From Patescibacteria group bacterium (lineage in GTDB: Bacteria; Patescibacteriota; Patescibacteriia; Patescibacteriales; UBA12465): a stretch of DNA of 64,000 nucleotides. The first letter of the stretch is position 1. Every line of letters starts with the position of its first letter. Positions 55,547-64,000 of this stretch are shown here, piece after piece. Under the pieces are notes generated by a model. It had not been told where the DNA came from. It did no database searches and saw only the letters and a program-made list of their open reading frames with translations. A program made the translations under genes and the position numbers. Where the stretch lies: NCBI GenBank assembly GCA_041650715.1, contig JBAZKQ010000001.1:134945-198944 (forward strand), read 5' to 3'.

Positions 55547-56260
55547 ATGGCGGCAAAAAAACAAATTAATATTTTAAGTTTTGGCTTCATTTTTTTTATT
55601 GCCTTGTTTGTATTTAGCCTGGTGCAGATAGAGAATGCCTGGGCGGCCGAGCTGACGGATACGGACGGCGACGCTTACGGCGATGAGCAAGAAATCGCCA
55701 ATGGCTATTCGCCCTTCAATGCCGCCGGAATTAAAATTGAAAAAAGCGACGTTGATCAAGACGGTCTTAGCGATTATTATGAATTAAAATTTAAGACCGA
55801 TCCGTTTAATCCGGATACGGACGGCGACGGCTATAAAGACGGTTTAGAAATTGATCGGGCACATAATCCGCTTTCCAGCTCGACGCTGAAATTGGCGCAT
55901 AGCATTCATATCGATTTAAAAACACAGAAGTTGACTTATTTGGTTAGCGGCGAAGTTTGGAAAGAATATTTAGTATCGACGGGCAAGGCGAGTATGCCCA
56001 CTCCGACCGGAACTTATAAAATTATTAACAAAAGCACGAAGGCCTGGTCTAAGGCCTATCAGCTTTGGATGCCTTATTGGCTGGGTCTGGATCACGGTGA
56101 ATTCGGAATTCATGAATTACCCCTTTGGCCGAGCGGATACCGAGAGGGCGAGAATCATCTCGGCAAGCCGGTTTCACACGGTTGCATCCGCCTTGGCATC
56201 GGGCCGGCGCAATATCTTTTTGAGCGCGTGTCAGTTGGGACGGAAGTGACGATTAAATAA
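55547..56260 (+). CDS. L,D-transpeptidase (YkuD) with N-terminal Asp-rich calcium-binding-type repeats
   Basis: Signal or TM segment, then DTDGDAYGDEQE, DQDGLSDYYE and DTDGDGYKDGLE repeats. The YkuD core follows, with the HGCIRL catalytic motif. Confidence 0.88.
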   Translation: MAAKKQINILSFGFIFFIALFVFSLVQIENAWAAELTDTDGDAYGDEQEIANGYSPFNAAGIKIEKSDVDQDGLSDYYELKFKTDPFNPDTDGDGYKDGLEIDRAHNPLSSSTLKLAHSIHIDLKTQKLTYLVSGEVWKEYLVSTGKASMPTPTGTYKIINKSTKAWSKAYQLWMPYWLGLDHGEFGIHELPLWPSGYREGENHLGKPVSHGCIRLGIGPAQYLFERVSVGTEVTIK

Positions 56261-56369
56261 GCCTTCCGCGATTAGCGCGCCCTCAATAAATTACCCAATT
56301 TCATTTGTTTTAGCTCTTGTGAAATGCTATAATAAATATTAGCCATTTTAGCGCTAATATTTTTTGTTT

Positions 56370-58787
56370 ATGTCAAAAAAAATATTTAAATTGTCTCTCC
56401 TTTTGGTCGTTTTGGCCGTTCTTGTCAGTGCTTGCACCTTACCTTGGAAAAAAGCGGCCCTCCCGGTAAATTCCGATATGGCTGTTGCCGACGAATCGCT
56501 TAACGAGGATGTGGCGACGACTACCAATGCTTTGAAAAAATTCGCCAGTTATGATGAATTAAAAACATTTTTAGAAAATAATAGCGCGGGCAACGGAAAC
56601 TCGGTTAGCACCAAGGTTATGAGCATGGTACCGCAGGCGGCCGGCCTAAGTTCGGGCGCAACGCGGCAAACAGCGGCGCTTAACTCGGGCGCAAACGAGA
56701 GTAGTCTTTCTGCGGAAAGTACGCTTGATTATTCCACAACCAATAACCAAGTTGCAGGGGTTGATGAGGCGGATATTATAAAAACTGACGGTACTTATAT
56801 TTACGCCCTGGTGCGTAATGATTTAAAAATTATAAAAGCCGAGCCGGCGGGCGAGGCGGCAGTCGTGACGACAATTAGCTTTGAGTCCCGGCCGCAAGAT
56901 ATTTTTATTGATGGCACAAATTTGGCGGTCTTCGGTTCGGATCAGCAAATTTATACGCTGGGAGTTTATAAAAGTTTTCGGCGCCAAAACGCTTATACCT
57001 TTTTTAAAGTGTTTGATTTAAGTGATCCGGCCAATCCGCGTTTAGTGCGCGATCTTGATTTTGAGGGTAATTATGCGGACGCGCGCTTGATTGGTGACTA
57101 CGCTTATCTGTTCACCAATAGTTATGGCAATTATATCGATGGAGAACCCCTCTTGCCGCGCGTGCTTGATAGCGGGACGGTTTTGGCAAATAGTTGCGCC
57201 GCCAGCCCTAAATGTTTTGTGCCGGATGTATATTATTTTGATATTCCTTATGATAATTATTCTTTTTCCAATATTACCGCGATAAATCTAAAGGATAACA
57301 GCGAGACCATAAGCGGCGAATCATATTTGCTTGATGCCGGGCAGAATCTCTATGTGTCGGAAAAAAATATTTATATTACCTACACGCAATATTTGAATGA
57401 GTATGATTTAGAGCAGTCCGTAAAAAGAGAGTTGGTTTTTCCGGCGCTTATTTCCGATGACCAAAATAAAATTAGCAAAATTGAGGCGGTGCCCGCTTAT
57501 GTTTTAAACGCGGCAGAGAAAAAATATAAAGTGGCCGCCATTATCGATAATTATTTAAATGGTTTGAACGCTGACGCGCAAACCGCCATGCAATCCAGTA
57601 TCGATAACGGTTTAAAGCAAAAATTAGCGGCGAGCGCTCAGGATATGGAGAAAACGATAATCCATAAGATTGCGATTAGCGGCCGGACTTTAACTTATCA
57701 GGCCATGGGAGAGGTAAGTGGCCAAGTTTTAAACCAGTTTTCGATGGATGAAAATGGTGATTATTTTCGAATTGCGACAACGCGTAGCCCGATTTGGTCG
57801 CGCTTAACCGCGACCCCGGAAAAATCTTATAGTAATGTATACGTATTAAATAGTGAGATGAAGGTAGTCGGCAGTTTGGCCGATAATTTGGCAACCGATG
57901 AGAAGATCTATGCGGCCCGTTTTATGGGCGATCGCGCCTATTTAGTGACCTTTAAGCAGACCGACCCGCTTTATGTTATCGGTTTAAGCGATGTTACCAA
58001 GCCGGTCGTGTTGGGAGCCATAAAAGTACCGGGTTATTCTACCTATTTGCATCCGGCCGATAAAAATGGCAATAAATTAATTGGTCTCGGGCGCGACGCA
58101 ACGACGGATGAAAATGGCAATGTTAAGGTCGGCGGTTTAAAATTAGCGCTATTTGATTTTACGGATTTAAGCCAGCCTAAGGAATTAGACTCCTATTTAA
58201 TCGGTGATGCTTCGAGCGATTCTATCGCCTTGCAAGACCATAAAGCCTTTCTCTATTCGGAAGCCAAAAATATTATCGTCATCCCGGCCGTTTTACGAAC
58301 GGATGCTAAATTAAGCTTTGCCGGCTCCCTGGTATTTAGCATTGTCGATAATAGCCTGGCGCTTAAAGGAAGAATCGACCACTCCGCCGGGGGGAATTAT
58401 TCGACCGCCGATTTCTGGGGCGGCTACGGGTATTATGATAATACGGTCAAACGCAGCCTTTATATTAATGACGATTTATTTACTTTCTCCAATAAGTTTT
58501 TGAAAATAAATAATTTGACGGATTTAAATCCGGTAAAAAGTTTGACATTGACGGCGGGCGGAGATGATTATATTATAAGTCCGGCGCCAGCGAGCCAACC
58601 GGAAATAGTTCCCGAGACTGCTCCGCTTGAGACTCCGAGTGTTGATACTGGGGAAACGACCACCACACCCGCCTTGGAATTGCCGGTGAGCGACGCGCCA
58701 GCGGTGCCGGTTAATATGGTTAACGGCGAGTTGGTGACCGATACCTCGACTACTGCGGTCGATGCGGGGGCGGCGCTTAATCCTTAA
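56370..58787 (+). CDS. Secreted beta-propeller domain lipoprotein (Beta_propel family-like)
   Basis: Lipobox LVSAC. YSTTNNQVAGVDEADIIKTDGTYIY and FMGDRAYLVTFKQTDPLYVIGLSD are characteristic of that family, as I recall it. The C-terminal tail is Pro/Thr-rich. ATG at 56370 is preferred over TTG at 56364. Confidence 0.75.
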   Translation: MSKKIFKLSLLLVVLAVLVSACTLPWKKAALPVNSDMAVADESLNEDVATTTNALKKFASYDELKTFLENNSAGNGNSVSTKVMSMVPQAAGLSSGATRQTAALNSGANESSLSAESTLDYSTTNNQVAGVDEADIIKTDGTYIYALVRNDLKIIKAEPAGEAAVVTTISFESRPQDIFIDGTNLAVFGSDQQIYTLGVYKSFRRQNAYTFFKVFDLSDPANPRLVRDLDFEGNYADARLIGDYAYLFTNSYGNYIDGEPLLPRVLDSGTVLANSCAASPKCFVPDVYYFDIPYDNYSFSNITAINLKDNSETISGESYLLDAGQNLYVSEKNIYITYTQYLNEYDLEQSVKRELVFPALISDDQNKISKIEAVPAYVLNAAEKKYKVAAIIDNYLNGLNADAQTAMQSSIDNGLKQKLAASAQDMEKTIIHKIAISGRTLTYQAMGEVSGQVLNQFSMDENGDYFRIATTRSPIWSRLTATPEKSYSNVYVLNSEMKVVGSLADNLATDEKIYAARFMGDRAYLVTFKQTDPLYVIGLSDVTKPVVLGAIKVPGYSTYLHPADKNGNKLIGLGRDATTDENGNVKVGGLKLALFDFTDLSQPKELDSYLIGDASSDSIALQDHKAFLYSEAKNIIVIPAVLRTDAKLSFAGSLVFSIVDNSLALKGRIDHSAGGNYSTADFWGGYGYYDNTVKRSLYINDDLFTFSNKFLKINNLTDLNPVKSLTLTAGGDDYIISPAPASQPEIVPETAPLETPSVDTGETTTTPALELPVSDAPAVPVNMVNGELVTDTSTTAVDAGAALNP

Positions 58788-58796
58788 TATTAATTT

Positions 58797-59555
58797 ATGA
58801 AAAATACATTTTGGTATCTAATTATCGCCAGCTTTTCTCTTTGGGCGCTCGATGAAATATTTCTTTTCCGACCCGACTTTTTCTTCGTGTCCTTAGGTTT
58901 AGCCCTGCTCATAATTGCTTATACGGTCCGAGCTTTGGTTAAAAAGGGAAGCCAGAAGTTTTGGCCGATATATATTGTCGCGCCGGCCGTCTTTTATTTA
59001 AGTTTTTCTTTCTATAGCGCCATTATTTCCAGCCATGTCTGGATTCAATTAATTTTTTTACTTAACGCCTGGTTCGTATATTCATATTTAAAGAATATTT
59101 ATTATCATTTTTCGTTTTCTGCCCCCGAGCGGGAAATAAAATTGCGCCGCCTTCTAATTAGCGGCGCCTTTTTATCGACCTTTGCGCTGGCCGCCAATCT
59201 TTATGGCTTAACGGTTTTTCTCAATTGGCCATTTATTTTACTTTTGGCGAGCTTTATTATTTTAAGTATTTTTATTTTCGGCCAATTTTTTATGTTTCAG
59301 ACGAAAAGCAGTCACGACGAGAGGCTCTTTCTCGGTCTTAATGTTTTGATTTTAGCGGAATTCGCCGGAGTTTTTTTCTTCTTGCCTTTAAATTATAATG
59401 TCTTGGGATTACTGGTGGCTATTATCTTTTATCTTTTGCTTTTATTTAATGAATGGCGCGAGGAGAATCGTCTTGATTTTAAAAATTTAAAATGGCCGAT
59501 TATCATTACAACTTTAATATTTATTGTCGTTCTTTTGACGGCACGCTGGCTCTAA
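58797..59555 (+). CDS. Hypothetical polytopic membrane protein
   Basis: 252 aa with about 7 hydrophobic helices. No motif. Confidence 0.55.
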   Translation: MKNTFWYLIIASFSLWALDEIFLFRPDFFFVSLGLALLIIAYTVRALVKKGSQKFWPIYIVAPAVFYLSFSFYSAIISSHVWIQLIFLLNAWFVYSYLKNIYYHFSFSAPEREIKLRRLLISGAFLSTFALAANLYGLTVFLNWPFILLLASFIILSIFIFGQFFMFQTKSSHDERLFLGLNVLILAEFAGVFFFLPLNYNVLGLLVAIIFYLLLLFNEWREENRLDFKNLKWPIIITTLIFIVVLLTARWL

Positions 59556-59575
59556 ACTAAAAATTTACTCATAAT

Positions 59576-60718
59576 ATGAAAAAATTAAAAAATAATTTTC
59601 TTTTGCTTATTGTTCTGGCGGTTGTTTCCGGTTTAGTCGCCGGGGCCTGCGGCGAAATCGTTACGCGCGTTTACTTTTTGAACGATTTTTCTTTACCCAA
59701 TAGTCCCGATGTGAATTTAACCGATTTAAATAACAATCTTTCCAGTCTTATAATTCGCGATCCGAAAAAAGTCGTGGTTAATCAGGACGTTAAAGTAACG
59801 GAAACGATCAATTCGCTTTCACCATCTCTCGTTAGCGTTTTTAAAGAAATAAATGCGAAGACCGATACCGACCCCTTGCGACCGGATTATTATGCCTTGG
59901 ACAACCCGCTATTTTTGGGCCTGGTAATAACGAGCGACGGCTGGATTATGTCTTCACTCCCGGCTGAGCTTAAAGACTCTTTTGCGGTTAAAGGCTACGT
60001 GGTCGTCACGTCGGACCGAAAAATTTATACGATCGATAAAATAACCGTTTTAAAGAATTTACCCGGCGATGTTACTTTTTTCCATCTGGCTAATGCCGCT
60101 AATTTATCAGTTCGAAAAATCGTCCCGCGCTCGGAGTTATCTCTGGGGCAGTCATTAATTGTGATTGATAATAATAACAATGTTTGGCCGACAACCCTGT
60201 CTTCTTTTAAGAAAACACCGGAGATTTTAAATAGTGATTCCTTAAATGCCCGCGTTGCCCTCGCCGATAATTCCGAGGCGATTCAAAACAATTCTTTTGT
60301 TTTTAATTTGTCGGGAGACTTAACGGCGATTATCAGCGCGGATAAGGAAATTATTCCCGCTTTCGCTTATGATTCCTATTGGCAAAGTTTTTGGAAACAG
60401 GGTGTGGCGCTGCGGCCCTTTCTGGGAGTCAATTATTTAGACTTAGCGACGGCGCGTATTCCCAGCCAAAGTTTGGAAAAGGGAGCTTTAATTTATTCGG
60501 GAGCGGATAAGGTAGCGGTAGTTAAAGGAAGTCCGGCGGCAAGCGCGGGCTTGGTGGCTGGCGATATTATTACTTGGATAGATAATCGCGAGATTAATAG
60601 TTCCAATGATTTGGCGGATATTATTTCCACCTATAAGCCGGGCGATAAAGTAACGGTCACTTATATTCATGCCGGCCAGGAAAAAGAGGTGGATATTAAA
60701 TTGGGCGAAATAAAATAA
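59576..60718 (+). CDS. HtrA-like protein with C-terminal PDZ domain; catalytic His apparently missing
   Basis: 380 aa with an N-terminal TM helix. GLVITSDGWIMSS stands in place of G.GvIis.dGyilTNnHV, so the His is absent. DVTFFHL, NLSGDL and the PDZ block GSPAASAGLVAGDIITWIDNREI are present. Confidence 0.65.
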   Translation: MKKLKNNFLLLIVLAVVSGLVAGACGEIVTRVYFLNDFSLPNSPDVNLTDLNNNLSSLIIRDPKKVVVNQDVKVTETINSLSPSLVSVFKEINAKTDTDPLRPDYYALDNPLFLGLVITSDGWIMSSLPAELKDSFAVKGYVVVTSDRKIYTIDKITVLKNLPGDVTFFHLANAANLSVRKIVPRSELSLGQSLIVIDNNNNVWPTTLSSFKKTPEILNSDSLNARVALADNSEAIQNNSFVFNLSGDLTAIISADKEIIPAFAYDSYWQSFWKQGVALRPFLGVNYLDLATARIPSQSLEKGALIYSGADKVAVVKGSPAASAGLVAGDIITWIDNREINSSNDLADIISTYKPGDKVTVTYIHAGQEKEVDIKLGEIK

Positions 60719-60756
60719 TATTCTCTAAATAAATAGTGCCTAAAACAAATAGTGAT

Positions 60757-61935
60757 ATGAAAATAGCGACCCTAAAAAAAATTAAAAGTTTAAAAAATAA
60801 AAAGGTTTTTTTACGGGTAGATTTTAATGTCGCGCTTAGTGGCGGTAAGATCTCGGAGGACTATAAGATTAAGGCGGGACTGGAAACAATAAATTTTTTA
60901 CTTGGCAAGGGCGCAAGTTTAATTATTGCGACGCATCTCGGCGAGCCCAAGGGTAAGCCGGAGGCGGCCTATTCGGTAAAACAAGTTGCACTCCACTTAA
61001 AAAAATTACTGAAAAAACCGGTGAAGTTTTTGCCGGAAACGATCGGACCGAAAGTTGAGAAGGCGGCCCGAGCGCTCGGTGCCGGTGAAATTATCATGCT
61101 GGAAAATCTGCGGTTTAACCCGGGAGAGCTTAATGACGATCCTAAATTCGCCAAGGAGTTAGCGGCACTCGCCGATATCTACGTGAACGACGCTTTCGCA
61201 GTTAGTCATCGCGCTCAAGCTTCTGTTTCCGCGATTAAAAAATACTTACCGGCCTATGCGGGCTTACTTTTGGAGAAAGAAATTATGGCCGTGAGTAAAG
61301 TTCTTAGTCCGGAAAAACCCTTAGTGGTAATTATGGGCGGCGCGAAGATTAGTACTAAGGCCCCGCTAATTAGTAAATTACAGGGAAGGGCCGGCCATAT
61401 TTTGATTGGCGGCGCGCTCGCCAATAATTTTATTAAATATCAAAAACTGGAGATTGGGCGTTCCTTATTTGACGCCGATAGCGTTTCTTACGTGGAAAAA
61501 TTTTACAAAGGAAAAAAAATACTGCCAAAAATAGTCTTACCGATTGATCTCGTCGTAAAAACAAAATTAGGCGAGCCCACTTTGCGCCAGATTGAGGCTG
61601 TTAAAAAGGACGATATTATTTTAGATATCGGACCGAAAACAATTTCACTTTTCGCACAGTACATAAGCGCGGCGCAGACGATTGTCTGGAACGGGCCGAT
61701 GGGCAAGTTTGAAGAAGTAAGCTATAAGCAGGGGACCCTTTCGGTTGCGCGCCTGGTCGCTTCACGGGCCGGTGGACGCGCTTATGGTTTAGTCGGCGGG
61801 GGAGAAACGATTGAAGCGCTTAAATTAACCAAGATGGCAGAATACGTCGATTGGATTTCAACGGCCGGCGGGGCAATGCTCACCTATCTGGGCGGAGGCA
61901 AGATGCCGGGACTGAGTAAAATTGTCGTTAAATAA
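60757..61935 (+). CDS. pgk: Phosphoglycerate kinase
   Basis: RVDFNV...ATHLGEPKG...ENLRFNPGE...NDAFAVSHRAQAS...STAGGAML. ATG at 60757 is preferred over GTG at 60736. Confidence 0.96.
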   Translation: MKIATLKKIKSLKNKKVFLRVDFNVALSGGKISEDYKIKAGLETINFLLGKGASLIIATHLGEPKGKPEAAYSVKQVALHLKKLLKKPVKFLPETIGPKVEKAARALGAGEIIMLENLRFNPGELNDDPKFAKELAALADIYVNDAFAVSHRAQASVSAIKKYLPAYAGLLLEKEIMAVSKVLSPEKPLVVIMGGAKISTKAPLISKLQGRAGHILIGGALANNFIKYQKLEIGRSLFDADSVSYVEKFYKGKKILPKIVLPIDLVVKTKLGEPTLRQIEAVKKDDIILDIGPKTISLFAQYISAAQTIVWNGPMGKFEEVSYKQGTLSVARLVASRAGGRAYGLVGGGETIEALKLTKMAEYVDWISTAGGAMLTYLGGGKMPGLSKIVVK

Positions 61936-61945
61936 TTTTTTACAT

Positions 61946-63208
61946 ATGGCAAAAATAAAAAAAATTCTGGCGCGGGAAATTCTTGATTCGCGTGGGAATC
62001 CGACGCTGGAGACAAAAGTTACTTTAGATAATGGTTTAAGCGCCAAGGCAAGCGTGCCGAGCGGTGCTTCAACCGGTCGCCACGAAGCCATTGAACTCCG
62101 CGATGGCGATTTAAAACGCTACGGCGGTCAAGGCGTACAATTGGCACTTACTAAAGTCAACGAGATTATCGCCCCGAAATTAATCGGCTTAAATATTACC
62201 AAGCAAGAAGAGATTGATCAGGCGATGATTGCGCTCGACGGCAGCCAAAACAAAAAAAATTTAGGGGCTAATGCAATTCTCTCCGTTTCCCTGGCTTGCG
62301 CGCGGGCGGCGGCACTGAGCGAAAAGAAGGAATTATTTATTTATTTACGTGAACATTTTAAATTTACGGAAATGAAAAACATTCCCGTCCCGCTTTTTAA
62401 TATTTTTAACGGCGGCAAGCATGCGGATACAAACTTAGATTTTCAAGAATTTTTAATTATTCCGAAAGCGGGAAGCGCCGCTAATATGGTTCGCCAAGGC
62501 GCGGAAATTTTTCATGAACTGGCGTATGTTCTCCGTGAAGCGCATTATGATACCGATACCGGAGCCGAGGGCGGATATGCGCCGGATCTAGATTCGAGTA
62601 TTGAAGCGATTGAGATGATTTTGGCGGCGGTTATCCGCGCCGGTTACAAACCGGGTGAAGATATCCGTCTCGGCGTTGATGTCGGTTCCTCGGTTCTCTA
62701 TGAAGAATCTACAAAAAAATATTTATTTACTCTCGATAATACTTACTTTAGCTCCGCTAACTTAATCGGTTTATATAATGAATGGTTAAAAAAATATCCT
62801 TTCTTTTATATTGAAGACGGTTTAGCCGAGGACGATTGGGAAAATTGGCGTGAGCTCACGGCCGAACTTGGAGCTAAAATGCTGATAGTCGGCGATGATT
62901 TATTTACGACGAGCACGGATCGCTTGCGCCAGGGCCTGAAGGAAAAAGCGGCCAACGCCATAATCATTAAGCCTAACCAAGTCGGGACCTTGACGGAAAC
63001 TGTGGATTGTATAAGATTAGCTCAGAAACACGGTTACAAGCTTATTATCTCGCATCGGAGCGGGGAAACCAATGACGATTTTATTGTTGATTTGGCGGTT
63101 GCCTGCGGCGCCGACTACCTTAAAGCCGGCTCCTTATCACGTGGCGAAAGACTTGCTAAATATAATCGTTTGCTCGAAATAGACGCAATTATAAATAAAA
63201 ATGACTAA
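61946..63208 (+). CDS. eno: Enolase
   Basis: MAKIKKILAREILDSRGNPTLE...SGASTGRHEA...IKPNQVGTLTET...SHRSGETND. The start is set at the internal ATG at 61946. Confidence 0.97.
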   Translation: MAKIKKILAREILDSRGNPTLETKVTLDNGLSAKASVPSGASTGRHEAIELRDGDLKRYGGQGVQLALTKVNEIIAPKLIGLNITKQEEIDQAMIALDGSQNKKNLGANAILSVSLACARAAALSEKKELFIYLREHFKFTEMKNIPVPLFNIFNGGKHADTNLDFQEFLIIPKAGSAANMVRQGAEIFHELAYVLREAHYDTDTGAEGGYAPDLDSSIEAIEMILAAVIRAGYKPGEDIRLGVDVGSSVLYEESTKKYLFTLDNTYFSSANLIGLYNEWLKKYPFFYIEDGLAEDDWENWRELTAELGAKMLIVGDDLFTTSTDRLRQGLKEKAANAIIIKPNQVGTLTETVDCIRLAQKHGYKLIISHRSGETNDDFIVDLAVACGADYLKAGSLSRGERLAKYNRLLEIDAIINKND

Positions 63209-64000
63209 TTTAATCTCTAACTCAGTCCCTGAAGATCCTCTTTCGGTACAGCCGATAGTTTTATTATTGCTTGATGGTTGGGGCATCGCGCCGGCGAGTG
63301 AGGCGAATGCTTTTTTTGCAGCCAAGACGCCAACTCTCTCCGCGCTGGTTAAAGAATACCCGGTAGCGCTTTTAAGCACAAAAGAAAAAACTTTGAATGC
63401 CCGTTATTTAAGCCTGGGCGCAGGCTCCGATTTTGCCGATGAAAATATAATTCCGGCAATTACTCTTACTAAAATTTTAGCCGATAAAAATTTAGCGCAA
63501 TTAAAAATAACCGAAACGGAACGCTTAGCCGCGCTCACTCATTTTTTCAATGGCCATCAAGAAGAGAAATTAATGTATGAGGAATGGAAAATCATTTCTT
63601 CGGAGGCGGGTGCGCAAAGCCTAAAGTCGTCTTTAGTACTTAATCGAATCGGCCGTGAACTGGTCAAAGCGCTAAAAACGGATAAATATAATTTTATTGC
63701 GACCGTTATGCCGACGCTTGATTTGGTTGCTGCGAGCGGCGACTTTAAAATGATAAAAAAGACGGTAGAAGCGATTGATAAAAATCTACGGCAAATTGTG
63801 TCCGCCGTTTTAGATAAGAAGGGGATTATCCTTATTAGTTCGGCGGCCGGTAATGTCGAGTATATGAAGAATATGGCTACCGAATTACTTGATACCAAGC
63901 GGACAAGTAACCCGGTGCCGCTTATTATCGTCGGTGAAGAGTTTAAAGGAAGGACCATCGGATTGAGCGAGCCGGTAAACGATGATTTAAGCTTATTACC
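63201..64000 (+). CDS. iPGM-like (cofactor-independent phosphoglycerate mutase-related) protein, divergent and shortened; 3' end outside window
   Basis: Not in the ORF track because it runs off the window. I translated it manually from ATG 63201, which overlaps the eno stop by 8 nt: MTNLISNSVPEDPLSVQPIVLLLLDGWGIAPASEANAFFAAKTPTLSALVKEYP...ETERLAALTHFFNGHQEE... The frame stays open to 64000. Confidence 0.7.
   Translation, partial: MTNLISNSVPEDPLSVQPIVLLLLDGWGIAPASEANAFFAAKTPTLSALVKEYPVALLSTKEKTLNARYLSLGAGSDFADENIIPAITLTKILADKNLAQLKITETERLAALTHFFNGHQEEKLMYEEWKIISSEAGAQSLKSSLVLNRIGRELVKALKTDKYNFIATVMPTLDLVAASGDFKMIKKTVEAIDKNLRQIVSAVLDKKGIILISSAAGNVEYMKNMATELLDTKRTSNPVPLIIVGEEFKGRTIGLSEPVNDDLSLL

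Overview
The window is AT-rich, gene-dense bacterial chromosome with short intergenic regions, few obvious Shine-Dalgarno sequences and many membrane or secreted proteins of unknown function. The protein style suggests a reduced-genome Patescibacteria/CPR-like organism. This is inference only, because no database search was possible. Standard code 11 applies: TAA, TAG and TGA all terminate recognisable genes.

The core backbone, in order:
- ATP synthase: atpA (5' truncated), atpG, atpD, a 25-bp tandem-repeat array, then atpC.
- uppP, a MazG-like gene, a cytidylyltransferase and mltG.
- Three very large envelope proteins.
- miaB-miaA.
- A minus-strand operon of gatB plus five thymidylate-pathway genes: Tmk-Dut fusion, T4-type dNMP kinase, RibD_C-type DHFR, thyA and dCMP deaminase.
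- Three GT2 glycosyltransferases and galU.
- murA, rplU, recR-ybaB-dnaB.
- tRNA-Thr, two paralogous 2-TM proteins, tRNA-Lys.
- An AI-2E transporter and an SDR.
- fmt, dedA, def.
- clpB preceded by a perfect CIRCE operator.
- A membrane-anchored ClpC-like ATPase and a GT4(MraY/WecA)-QueH fusion.
- An L,D-transpeptidase and a beta-propeller lipoprotein.
- pgk-eno and a truncated iPGM-like gene that runs off the 3' edge.

The most unusual stretch is about 36.5-41.9 kb. The 3' half of tRNA-Glu(CTC) at 41787-41858 is repeated in direct orientation at 37614-37657. The two copies bracket about 4.1 kb of cargo with no integrase. The cargo comprises:
- a SAM methyltransferase;
- a 312-aa 3-TM/coiled-coil protein;
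- a very AT-rich 125-aa unknown plus NYN (PIN-like) nuclease cassette with its own promoter;
- a roughly 60-nt candidate sRNA with a consensus TTGACA-N17-TATAAT promoter and an intrinsic terminator;
- a roughly 240-bp GC-rich, hairpin-dense non-coding element next to the tRNA.

I regard this as the best candidate in the window for an undescribed toxin-antitoxin-like or defence-like module. Novelty cannot be established without searches.
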